Shown: piece after piece, positions 25,925 through 37,691 of the stretch | Position numbering within the stretch: position 1 is the first letter of the stretch | How the letters are laid out: every line of letters begins with the position of its first letter | Assembly (NCBI RefSeq): GCF_031769215.1 | Contig: NW_026782282.1 | Span: 1 to 64,000 of the forward strand | Length of the DNA: 64,000 bases | Direction: 5' to 3' | Origin: Ylistrum balloti | Lineage: Eukaryota | Notes under the pieces: model-generated | What the model was told of the DNA's origin: nothing | Database searches by the model: none | What the model saw: only the letters and a program-made list of their open reading frames with translations | Made by a program: the position numbers and the translations under genes

Positions 25925-27240
25925 TTTTATATCGGAAATAATAAGTTTCCTTGAGCGAATCAACAGTGTGTTGAATTCCACCATGTCCTCCCATAACCGA
26001 ATCATGATAGAGAGAAATGACAGTCTTCATCATAACGTCTGGTATAACAAGCTGGTAATGTGCTAGGCTATACATCTACACGATCAGGAGGTGGAGAGAT
26101 ACCAGCTTCTGTGATATTGTGACCAAGAAAAATGCAAGATTTCTGAGCAAAAGAACACTTTCAGGGTCCTAGCTTCAATCCAGCAGTAGAAAGTCTGTCA
26201 AACACCTTCTCTAAATCTTCCAAATGTTGGGGAAATGTTGGTGAGCTGATGAGAATATCATCAAGGTGGCAAAGGCAAGACTTGAATGTTAATCCACAAA
26301 GAACTTTGTCAATCAAAAGTTGGAATGTACTTGGGGCTGAACTTCATCCCAAAGGCAACCGTTGAAACTGGAATGTTCCATAACAAGTGTTAAAGTCTGT
26401 CAGCCTTGCACTCTCGGTGTCAATGGGCATTTGGAAAAATCCTGATGACAGATCAATTGAGGTGACGAGGAATTTGATTGGAGAATGATTCTGTTAGTTC
26501 CTTAAGGTTAGGTATGGCATATTGAAATGTTTGTGTTTGTGAGTTCAGGCCCCACTTGTATAAAACATCTCAACTTGAGATTTCCTCAAGCCCAGATTTT
26601 TTTCAGCTAATATCTCCTTGAAAATATCTTGTATGGAAATTCCTCAAGGAATTTCAGGACATCCTAGCCGATGCCTTCCTCCTGTTCCTTGAGAAAATTT
26701 TATACAAGCCGTTTTTGAGGAGATATCAGCTGAGGAAAATCTCGACTTGAGGAAATCTCAAGTTGAGATGTTTTATACAAGTGGGGCCAGGTACATAAAA
26801 TCAACTCAAAAACGAAACTGAGAAAGACTTTAATCCCTAGTAATTGGTTGTGTTGGTTTGCTGCCTTTGCCTCGTTTTGAAACAAGAACCACTGGGCTTG
26901 TTATGATGATTCCCTCTGCCTCATTTACTGTTGTGATATTCCTTGACGCGAGAATTCATCCAGCTGGTGCCTCAAAACTTCTCTTTTGTCAGGAGGAAGT
27001 CTATATGGTGGTTGATATTTTGGTTTGAAATCCGGCTTAAAACGAATCTTATGAGTGACAACATTAGTGTAACCTAAATCAGGGGAGTCCGCAGTAGCAA
27101 ACAGTTGTTTGTGCTTCAATAGGAGAGTTTTGAGTCATGCCTGGTCTTGCGGAGACAAATGATCTGGTATATCAAAGTTGGAAAAGTATAGGTCTTATTC
27201 GCTTTCTTGGTTGGAGCTCAACTGAATATTTTGAACGAAA
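25925..27240 (-). mobile_element. Ty3/Gypsy pol remnants: pre-RT region, reverse transcriptase, integrase zinc-binding start
   Basis: THKIRFKPDFKPKYQPPYRLPPDKREVLRHQLDE; SPVVLV; IDLSSGFFQMP; FQFQRLPLG*SSAPSTFQ; CHLDDILI (YxDD box); KCSF...FLGH; then QLVIP...LYHDSVMGGHGGIQHT. RNase H, the protease core and most of the integrase are deleted. Several stops are present. Confidence 0.93.
26549..26787. mobile_element. Harbinger-type MITE inserted in the Gypsy RT
   Basis: Terminal inverted repeat of about 42 bp (gccccacttgtataaaacatctcaacttgagatttcctcaag). CAG is duplicated at 26546-26548 and 26788-26790. Removing the element and one CAG restores the RT frame VDFMYLNSQTQ. Confidence 0.9.
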
Positions 27241-27289
27241 TCATCTGACAGCGAAGAACTTTCATCATTTGCCGAAGTGTAAGTGAAGT

Positions 27290-28005
27290 GGGCAAGAGTC
27301 TTGCCTTCAAACCTGGTTTCTGGATCATTTCATTTTCTGATTTATTAATCAGTTTTCCTTTCTCTAGGACAAGCCAATCGAAATCTTCAATTGGCTGTCC
27401 AGGGAGAAGTTTCAAGGCCTGGAAGTTTGCACTTTCTGACAGCATATGAGGACTTTGCAAGTCAAGAGTAAGAAACCTGTCCTTCAATGCTGTTAACACT
27501 GCTTCCCAGCTTGTTTTATGTGTTGCTGGTAGATTATTAAACCATGTTAGGAGGCTGGGCCCTGTAAATGGAGATGAAATTCTGCGATTTTCCTTGACGA
27601 ATCAACATCAATCAATGTGGCAAACGAGTCAAATTCATTCAAAAATTTGTCTCCATTTTCATAGGGGTATCCTGTAAATTTTGTACAAGAGATTGACTTA
27701 TCCATATTGAAATTTAAAGAATCCAATGCAGTATATTGATTAGGTCCAGAACACGAAGCCTCACACAATTTGTTATTACAGAAAATTAGCTCATGTAAGT
27801 CGGGAATTGAAACTTCTGACAGATTGTCATTTGTGTAAGCACCTGAAATTGATTTGGAACCACTGGATACAGATAAAATGTCAGAATGGATATATGTGTC
27901 ATTAAAAAGTTGATTCTGGTCTGAAAATACATCATCAAAAATGCCGCAACTGTCATCGCTATCAACTTCTGATTCATAAATAACTTCAGCAGATATCCTA
28001 TTCAT
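27290..28005 (-). pseudogene. Gypsy gag-like ORF (disrupted)
   Basis: ORFs 27547-28005 and 27218-27499 lie on the same strand directly upstream of the pol remnants. KFTGYPYENGDKFLNEFDSFA and FQALKLLPGQPIEDF...LEKGKL resemble retrotransposon capsid regions. Assigned by position and recalled similarity. Confidence 0.65.
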
Positions 28006-28293
28006 GACATCATATAGCTATATGTTGTTTACTGTGGTCGATATTAGTTATTGTTCGTTTACATGTATCAACAACTGTTCATAGAGCTTATAATGTCGGC
28101 CGGTGGGCTTTCAAGAATAAACAGCTCTGTACGTAAACATATAAACAATCAATAACACATCAACGTTGGGGAGTGGGCTTTGAACATACATGTAAGTCGG
28201 CCGGTGGGCACAGGACATAATGCAATAATGTTAAGTTCGTGTAATAGAAAAACAGTATGAATATTAGAAAGTCGGCCGGTGGGCTTTCGACAA

Positions 28294-28892
28294 TTAATTA
28301 ATACCAGTAGATAATCGGTGATAAATGTCTAACACTTTCTCCTGCCAAAGTCTTAGTAGGTTGCGTTGCGGGTGAATACCATCATAAAGTTTGTTATATG
28401 AAAAATGTGATGTTCTTCCCCAAGAATACGGAGGGCTGTATGGAGTAGTAGATGGACTTGAGTATGGATATTGTTGAATTCCCCAATAAAATCATTTAGT
28501 TTGGCTACAAAATCCTCAAATGATTTCTGATGGGTTGTTGTAACATCAGAAAGAGTCAATTTAGATTTCTGGGGATATTTTTGAATTGTGGATTGAAGAT
28601 TTTTGGGAGGAATGGTGCCAAATAAGATGAGAGCTGTTTGATTGTGTCTGTAAATTTCATTCTCAATGTCCAAAATTTTTTGAGTAATTTTATTGAAGCA
28701 TCTGGTTTGATCATTGATTGTATGATCCCCAATATCATCTGGGATATCATTGATACCGGGACATATTATATAGAGTTGGTTACTTGTGTCAAAATGACGC
28801 AGTAATCTAACCTGGTCTCCTAGCTTTGACCCTGGTGATATTCGGACAGAGATTCTGCCAATACTGGTACCAGCGAATCTGGAGTCTATTAC
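28294..28892 (-). pseudogene. SGNH/GDSL hydrolase-like ORF with one frameshift
   Basis: The frame is open from 28892 to 28353 and has block I VIDS, block II SPG, block III CPGINDI and ILFGTIPP. An alternate frame gives block V YNKLYDGIHP (28386-28369) and ends at a stop at 28294. Confidence 0.7.
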
Positions 28893-29102
28893 TTAATGTC
28901 TGTTGAACAGAAATAACACAGGCACTGAAGTAGGGACGAGTTGTCTTAATTTAACCGACGATATTTATGAATTTAGTTTATATGTAATAATCAACGATTC
29001 AGTCAACAAACTTACCATCCGACAATTACATCGTGGCATGCAAATGGGGAATAGCTCAAAACGAATTTGGACCCTCCACCATATTGTGTTGAATTAGTTA
29101 AA

Positions 29103-29388
29103 TAACAAGAGTGCCGTGGACACAATATACACCGCCACAAAATATAAAGACCAAGATTGGTCCTTTTAATTATCGCTTTTAACATGTCTGTATCATAAAT
29201 CTTACAAAAGAACCGAAAATCGCCCCTTCATGCACATCTACCCATTGTAGTAGTGACGTTGAGCAAGTTCCATGAAAGTCTGATGATAAGTTAAGGAGGA
29301 GTTGCGTTCACAAGAAATGGACGCACGGACGGATGTATGGATGTCCGGACGTACAGATGGAGAAGATGACGCTAATATACGACCGTCT
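29103..29388 (+). mobile_element. Helentron/HINE-like insertion
   Basis: Starts aacaagagtgcc, contains gagcaagttccatgaaag...ggaggagttgcgttcacaagaaa, then a degenerate (GGAC/GGAT)n run and aatatacgaccgtc. Confidence 0.6.
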
Positions 29389-29418
29389 TTTTCTCATTCC
29401 AGTTAATTACTGACAACA

Positions 29419-29752
29419 TATGGGGATACCGGATCACTGACCAGTTGCCAGAAAAATACAACTATAAACATGCTGCAACCCGAAATACGATGGAATGCAG
29501 CTTTGGCCTTCGAAAGGGAAACTACACTACATGGACCTTCTTTAAATCACAGGTATTTGTAAAATTATATTTGCATGTTGTGTCCTTCATAACTTTGTTA
29601 TTGCAAGTGATGGTCAGGATGCCAATGAAACAAACCAAGGGTGTAGCGTGATTAATGAAGTTCCTTCAGATGATGGCCATTGCTACACAGATGTTGGATG
29701 TGGTGAAAGGGGGAGACAAAAAAGGGATGATGTTGCAGCATCATTGGAATGA
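29419..29752 (+). pseudogene. Harbinger transposase C-terminal fragment
   Basis: YGDTGSLTSCQ / KYNYKHAATRNTMECSFGLRKG / KIIFACCVLHNFVI / GRQKRDDVAASLE* resemble the YN..H...R..VE..FG.LK and ACCVLHNF motifs of DDE_Tnp_4 transposases. Frameshifted. Confidence 0.85.
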
Positions 29753-30138
29753 AAAAGAGAATTTGCAATAAAAGTGATTGTTATTGCTAAAAAATAACCA
29801 ATTCCAATCTTTATATATATATTTGGAACTGTAAAGTATAAACAAACTTATTTGAACACTATCCAATTGCAATAGTAACATGAAAAATGGAAAATTATCA
29901 GAGTCATATTAGAGCTGTTGTTGTTACAAACGATATTAATATATTGATGATTCCTATTTTAAGATACCAAATTTCTGAGTATTGATACAAATACACCTGC
30001 TAGTTAACTTGTATCTCAGCAATATTAAAATCATAAGTACTGAATGTGATATTTTCAGACCCAAAATGACTTGTACACAGTACAGTGTAGAAATAGAAAT
30101 ATGGTATTTTCCAAGTCTTCATTAAGTATTGATATATA

Positions 30139-30545
30139 TAACTAGAACACGGACAGGTCAGAAAGGGCCACGCATGGTGGCTATCGATATCTCCCAAATC
30201 ATTAATCCCCATTTTCATCAAAAATGGGAAAAATATCAATTTTTTAACCAAGAGTTATCTCCACACATTATGCAAAAGAGCACAACTTCATGTCACCCCT
30301 ATGTACCAAATGAGAAAATGATTGCCTTGCGAATGATTTCTTATTTATAGTAACCTTGACCTTTGACATTTGAAGTTGAAAAACATTTCCACTTGTCGGC
30401 CATGTTGATTTCGGATCAGTCTAAAAAGAGGTACAATGCACAACTAGGGACCAAGGGGAACCTCCATATGAAATTTGAGAAAGACCCATCCCGTATTTTC
30501 CCCGAAATAGTGGTAACAAGAATTGTTCACGGACGGACGAACCGT
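30139..30545 (+). mobile_element. Helentron/HINE-like insertion, same family as the copy at 59620-60050
   Basis: aactaga start, tgaccttgacctttga motif, catatgaaatttgagaaaga block shared with about 59930-59947, and a terminal cggacggacg. Confidence 0.7.
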
Positions 30546-31166
30546 TTTGCCCGTTAACGCGAACGCAACCATATACATGTAATCCATTTGTTGATTACAA
30601 ACATGACACTATATTTAGAGCGAATTGCGCCCAGTGTTAATTAGATTATTCCAAAACATAATATTAAATAGACATTGCCCAATATTGTGTCTTCAATTTT
30701 GCCATGAAATGTTAAAGGGATGCGGCATCCTCGACGACACTCGAGAGTTTGCGAGACTAGGAGATGCAGAGAGCGATAGCATCTGTAGCTTGTAATCAAT
30801 GCAAGGGAGATAACTCAAACGGACACAGCGGTAACAACTTGGACATCGTCATGACTTTTTCAATCAACCGCCGCCGGGAAGAAAGGTAAAATTGAGGAAA
30901 ATTCTCCGCTACTTTTACTCTCAATGTCCCGAAATTACGATGATATGAAAAAGTCACTGCCTAAAAGCGACAGCAAGTTGGTCAACAGGATACACATTCT
31001 GAACAGCCTGATCCGTGTCTGCACTGAAGCGTGTTTTAAAATTGTATATTTCGCAAGATTTTAACAAAACATCGGCACATATAAATGTATCAATATATCA
31101 TCATCCTCACCATCAACATTAACACCACTTCTTCTTCTTCTAGAAAACAATGTATCATCATGATCA

Positions 31167-31320
31167 GGTGGTGGTTTGGTAGTACTGTTGTACCACACTT
31201 GTCTTTCACCTAGCCGTCAGGGGTGCGATTCCCCGAAGGGATACAGGTTTCCTCCCAAAGTTAGAACCTTCTCATGCTTACAAAAAGCGTGATTTTTATA
31301 GGTTGAAATAATAAAATTTC
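31167..31320 (+). mobile_element. Degenerate tRNA-derived SINE
   Basis: tRNA-like head with a B-box-like ggtgcgattcccc at about 31222, a ggtttcctccca core motif, and an A-rich tail gaaataataaa. Confidence 0.5.
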
Positions 31321-31549
31321 CATATGTAAGTAAGTCATGCACATACAACCATACACCATGAAGACAGACAAAGAAGTACAAAACAAAAGGCGCGGACAAA
31401 ATAACGCAAAACGTAGCATTTTCCCTGTGCCCACCTGTTAAAAAGAAAGACAGACAATCATTTATATATATGTTAATATTACAACAAGTTTAATTTCTAT
31501 TTGTTATTTCTAATTATTCCATACTGAGTATTGAAATTGAGAACTTCTG

Positions 31550-31850
31550 CTAGAGTACTAGTTTGATGCCTGTACAAAGTTTTGAGTAACGGGTAATTAC
31601 CTTGAATGGTTTAAGAGAACTGGTCTGAAAGAAACTGAACTTTGTAATTTGGCCTATCTGTTTCCATGGTAACAGAAAAAGTATTTAAATGGTGAACTTC
31701 CCCCATAGCAAAAATACTACTAGCCTAATAAATATTTTTTAAAAAAAGTTTTGATCAATTATCTTAAATGGTTTAAAAGCATTGGCCCAGAAAAACTTAA
31801 AATTTTTATGAGGGTCATCGGTTTCAATGGTAACAGTAAATGTATTAATA
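31550..31850. repeat. Two degenerate ~160-bp tandem units (Helentron-associated satellite-like)
   Basis: tttccatggtaacag at about 31661 recurs as tttcaatggtaacag at about 31822. aatggtttaa also recurs with a similar period. Confidence 0.55.
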
Positions 31851-34597
31851 AAGGCTTTGACAACATATCTAGACTATAATGTTACAGATATTGCAGAGAG
31901 GACTACCTATCGTCTTTGCTTTAAAAAAGAAAAGATTTTGTAGTCAAAATATGGTGAAAGACAATATAGTTTTAGTCGGATTTGTTAAGGCGGTGGTTAT
32001 ATGTTTAACAAGTTTTCATTATTAACATCAGAATGTTCTCTACCACCGTTTTCTTTTCTCTTTGCTATTGAGAGTTTCCGTTCTGTTAACTAACAAATCA
32101 TAAAATACTTCAGAACCTTCAGTTTTTAAAGCAATGTTGACTTGTCTTGATAGCAAAAAGAGGGTAAAGTTATAAACCCTGTTGAGACTATTCTGTTATA
32201 CATTGTAATTCAGAAAATCAATATAAATATATATGTGTAAATGCATCCTTATTAACGGCACAGTATATCACATAAACTGCATATTCCTGAAAACAAAACG
32301 ACAACTAAAAACCTCACCACTAATAGTTATCTTATCATCGTGCCTTATAAGTGTCTGCTGGAAAATTTCTGATCATGATTAGTTTAAAACAGTTATCGAA
32401 AGAATATCCACATCTTGCAGAATTAATATAGTTAGGAGACGGGACAGGTTTTTCGCCAAGTCGGGACCTTTCGGGTGCTTCCGTGTAAGAGACGATGTCT
32501 TACGGAAAGTGACGAAAGTTCCCGAAGGTTAAACCGGAATTCAAGAACATCGGTGCACAATCGTGCTCATATCTTGAATAGTTAAAATTGTAATTTTTAA
32601 CGAGATATTCGTTATATGCGTTTAAAACCATTAAAGTTATATATTTGTTAAATCCATATGAATTATTTAAGACTTTTAGTATGATTTCATTTCTACATGA
32701 GAGCTTAAAACGATATTTTGTCGGTCAAAATCATTTCAATCCATTCAACGGGTTGGCAGTTTTCACTGCGTGCTGCGGTAAGTGTATTGTGGGAAATGAA
32801 GTTCCAGCCACACTTCCGTTAAAAGTTGATCGTATGGGCAGTTTGTTGGAGTTGAATAACCACACACACACAATACCATAAAAGCGTTCGCTGCGCTCGC
32901 TGATAAAGAGATTAGGAGGCAAAAACAAACTAAATTACTCGCGCAAGTCGTGTTCTACAATTGGCAATGCAACATTTTGCCAAAAATGAAAATGTAAAGA
33001 GCTACGATTTACATATTGGAATCGGCAAATGATGCAGGTTGGTTCTATAGTGGCGCTGTCTATTAATTCATTGTTATATTGTTTTCATGCTACATTTAAA
33101 AAATACAAATAAACCGATCGAAACTTAAGAGCAGGGTGAAATCGTCACAAAACCAGGCGAACGTTATATAGATAATACTTAAGCATTAAAAATGTTTTTT
33201 TTTTTCTAAATAAAAATGCCAATACATCATTGTATGAAGTAACAATCTTTTTATACACTTACGTGAGCTAAATATTGAATTTGTATTCATCCAAGGTCTA
33301 CACAATAACCAAACCAATATGGCGGTGACGGCATAGTGATGCGCTATATACAAACTATAAATATATATGTACACTTATGTGTATATACAAAACAACATTC
33401 GTAAGAATTAAAACATATACTCGTTCGATCAATACCACTTCCGATTCACAGTTCATCTATACAAGTCTTTGAATATACAGGACCATCAACTGGTTGCTCA
33501 ACGCCCATCGACTCCGCCTAGAGACTACAATATGATCCGCTAAAGCGGGTTTGTTTCTGTTTTTTCCGTGCCTTTCTGGTGTTCGCCGAGTTGGATCCCA
33601 GATTTTCTTTCATTTACAATTAGGAAGCGCTGAAGTTATTTGCAGCCGAATCTACGTTCATGGAACACTTCATTGTTACCACTTACCGTACGTTTGAAAT
33701 AATCGATTTTTTTTATTATAATCTCATTGTTTTTCACTTTAGCATACATAGGATTATATTACAGCCGAAAATCATGTGGTTTCATAATCATCTCATTCAT
33801 AGTGTATATCGGTGCAAATACGCTTCACCATTTGTGGATGGTATGTCGTTTCTTCGCCGCGAATTAAAGATAATTATCTTTTTTTTCGCCCAACTAAACA
33901 TCGTCTTTCCGCAGCGACATAACGAAATAACGAAACTATGAACATATCAGCCACCATACTTCACACTGGTCATTTGTCTGATGAAGGTGACATTGTAGTT
34001 ATCGAAACATCACACATAACATCTATTCAATGTACATTACCACCACGAAGTGAATTTGTCTTAATATTGATATATTTGTTATAATTAGAGAGAATATTAT
34101 AAACAAACAAAACAAAACCTCCAAAAAACAAATCATTTCCTCTCATTGAATAAAGCAAATCAGGAAATCAGTGTTTATTTCAGTGAGATAAGTTCAATTT
34201 GGAATTAAATGATTTTCTTCACGCTGAATTCTTTCCCGCGTCGTTTTTTATCATTTCAATCGTTTTTTTTTTCTGTTGTGTATAACGAGGGAAATAATGA
34301 TTTATTTGCAACATGCCATTTTTGCTTCATTTTGGTAACCGTATATAGGAAAATGGCGTCAAATGGAAATTAGCAGTGTAGATAATTTTGTATTACTCCA
34401 GAAATAAACAACGGAAGATGAAATGAATATTATCAGATGTCGAACACCACCCTTCACATCCATCGTCTGTATATGTATTTTAAGATTATTTACCGTTTTA
34501 AGTTTTTCCTGATCAATTGTATATTACTATGCAGCAAAACTAATTCAAATTCAAATTCAATTGATCTATTTTCATATGTATTATAAATAAACACAAA

Positions 34598-34774
34598 CAG
34601 TCGAACCTCATTATCTCGAAGTCGGCCAGACTTTTGGGGAAACTCTGAGATATCCGAGGATTCGATTTATGCGAGCTCGAATGTTTAGTGTGAAATTTTG
34701 CTGGGACCAATTATATCTTTCGAATTAAACGGGGTCTTCGAGTTTTATGAGTTTGAGATAACGAGGTTAGACTC
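34598..34774. mobile_element. Tc1/mariner-pogo-type MITE (copy 1)
   Basis: TIR cagtcgaacctcattatctcgaa ... tttgagataacgaggttagactc followed by TA. Homologous to 52523-52698. Confidence 0.85.
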
Positions 34775-36049
34775 TATACGAAATCGTAGATGTTTTCTTA
34801 GGTATTAAGAGCAATGCTGCATGGACACGTTTAAGGGTACCAAAATTCGCTAATTGAAAAACTGGAGCACACAGGGAGAGCAACGTAGAAGCAAGTGGGA
34901 TAATGGCCGCAAGAGGAGATTGAGAACCGATGCATATTAATTTATTATTTGACTACAATGAATCTAGCAATATAATTTGTATAGATATTAGGTGTTCGCG
35001 TTTGTGTTTTTTGTATGTGTTACTGGTGGACTGTAATGCTCGAGGTATTCCGTAACCTGCATGTCTCATTTTAATTCAATTGAAAAAGTGGCAAAATTAA
35101 GGAACTGTGTATTGAGTCTTACTATACCTGGTTCTTAAATTATTTTAAATGTGCTATTCATATAGGTGTCTTATGTAAAATCTATCAAGGGAAGGTATGC
35201 ATCAGGGAATGAGTTTCCAATTGTTGTGGCTTAACTTACACAAATCCGATCACACTTTTTCGCAACGGAACCTAAACTCGGAGAAAGACTTGTTTGTTTG
35301 TGTTTTTTCCCTGTATTCTGCGAAGCCATTAATTATCTTTACATATATAACCACATATTGCTGAGTGGGCGGTGGCGTTGTGAACTTTTCGTATTCTGAT
35401 CAGTACTGGCAAGGGGAAGTAACTCGAATGATCGTATATGAAAATCGCTGGCTGGATTTCATTTTCATTTTTGATACAAATACAGTTATATATCTATAAA
35501 CTTTTATCTATAAAATATACACCATTCACTGTTTTAGCACACGTTATTTTCTGTATGTGTTTATAATTTCGTTTTTGTCTTCTAAACTATTTCTACATTT
35601 CTGTTTTATTTTCAAAAAGAAGTGCAGATGTTCGATATTGATGTCAGATAAATGTAATGAAATGTTTTGGAGAAGGCTAAAACAAGTTAAAGGATAGCTT
35701 GTTCCCGACTCATTTTTTATTTTTGACAAATACACTAAGTTTAAACTGAACAGAATGATGCTTTCGGCTAGACGCAACGAGTTCACAAAAGATTTTTCAA
35801 AGATGAATCCCTGATTACATGTATGTCTCTTTGAACCCAATCACGTCGGAGATAGAGAAGGAATGTTGTAGTGTTAAACATATACGTCAAATATGCTATA
35901 TGTTAAGTGAGAAGGAGACTAATTTTGCACCCAATCGTAAAGAAAGGTAGTCCTTCGTCATTTCGATAATAGAGATACGAAGATTACTACAATAGTCGTG
36001 AATCTTTGTTTTCTAGCACTTCAGTGTTTGGATCTTGGAGTTGAGAATT

Positions 36050-36375
36050 TTTGTCCGAGGTTAACACGGACACGCATTATGCATGGTTTAAACTGGCAAA
36101 AACTGTCTGAAGTTTACAAGGACGAAAACTGTCTTATGCTAACACGGAAAAAAAACTATACGAGGTTTGCACGAACAAAAACTGTTCGGGGTTTACACTG
36201 CCAAAAACCGTTCGATATTTATAAAAACCAAAACCGTCCGAGGTCCAAAAATGTGCGGTGTTTTTCACTGCCAAAAACTGTCCGAAGTTTATGCTGGTAA
36301 AAAACTGTCCGAGGTTAACACGGACGAAAACTGTCTGATGCAAACACGATCAAAAACCTTCCGAAATTTACACTG
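36050..36375. repeat. Degenerate ~23-bp minisatellite
   Basis: Recurrent aaaaactgtccgaggtttacac-like units. Confidence 0.8.
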
Positions 36376-37691
36376 AAAGAAAACACCCGTTAAAATTGAA
36401 ATTAACTGCAATCCATTATGTTCATTTTAGCTTTGAATGAGCCACATGGTTGCGGTGACCGAGTTCTCTCTTATCGTTATAATGAGACAGAGTACCATGC
36501 TGCAATATCCAAATTATGACATTTCAGTGTGATAGCACTTTACACGTGGTCCGTGAGTGTCCTGGGCATCCTAGGACAATGAATACTGCGGTATATCCAA
36601 ATGAGCAATACTTTCCTTCTGAAGATGTCTTTACAAATACAAATGAGAATTTTGTTTTATATTTCGAGATAGACCCTTCTTACATACGACCAGTGAAATG
36701 TTAAAACCTGATTTCCAAACCCTTTGTCATGGCATCAAGAACAAATGAGATTGGTAAATTGAATTTGGTGACAAAAGTAATATTATATACGAGCAAATGA
36801 CGTAAACGTTTTAGATTAGCAAATAAAAAACAGTCAAATATTAAAAAAAAACACATGTTTGATAAGATACAATGTCACGTAAATACCGGACGAAAGCCTA
36901 TCAAAATCTTTCAATTTTCTTTCAAAAGGATTTAAGTGGGAGTAGCTATTCATGGTCATGTGAAAATTAAACAGTTAAGTATTTAAATCCCCGATAGACA
37001 GCTCTGATCCGAACAGAACCTAGACTAAGCTGAATTCTGCATTCTCCAATGTCTTCACCTGTAACCTTTGTTTACGCCTTCTCTTGTTTGTGTTCCTTAA
37101 CCGGTTTTTCCTTGCAGCACTGAAATAGAAGTTCCCATATACTTATATAATCAATTTTCGGGGGGATTGTTTCCAACTAATCAGCAATGTTACTTTACTC
37201 TGTGTATATTACGGTACGTAATTTGATATAGCGCATTTTTACTGTTGGCACGTGAACACCACGTGCATACCTGATTTAGCGTTTAGACACAGAAATATGT
37301 TAACGCTTAAAAACTGAAATTATTAGTTTGTTTAATCAACTCAATAGTGTATTCCCTTACATGACAATGGGTAAATATAAAACCGGCTATTATTGGTCGG
37401 CTTGCCAGTTTCTTCCCAAACTCGTTTGCATGTGTTTGTATTAGTCTATTTATATAACACTCTCGGCATACCTGTGTAAAGGTAGGAGCCACAAAGCGCC
37501 AGGTAAATGATTACTACGCCATTGTACATAATCAGTCATGCGGCACGCCTAGGGTCACAGAACACAGTCGACTGGAAAACAGGTACGAACGGTGACTGCC
37601 TGCCTCGTCTCCACTCTTACCTTTCGTTTCGGAACAGGACCTGACATTTCTTCGCGTTTGTCGGACTAGGAAACACAACCAGTGTCCAGCC

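Larger units (their letters stand above)
25606..30570 (+). mobile_element. Degenerate PIF/Harbinger DNA transposon disrupted by nested insertions
   Basis: Left end gggtgcgttcgtgctaccggctaaaac and the reverse complement of the right end, ggttgcgttcgcgttaacgggcaaaac, match at 21 of 27 positions by hand alignment. ATA flanks both ends (25603-25605, 30571-30573). Transposase fragments lie at both internal ends. Confidence 0.7.

Noticed and set aside
30712-31080. Possible Kolobok-type element starting TTAAAGGG
   Set aside because: No matching right terminus or identifiable transposase was found.
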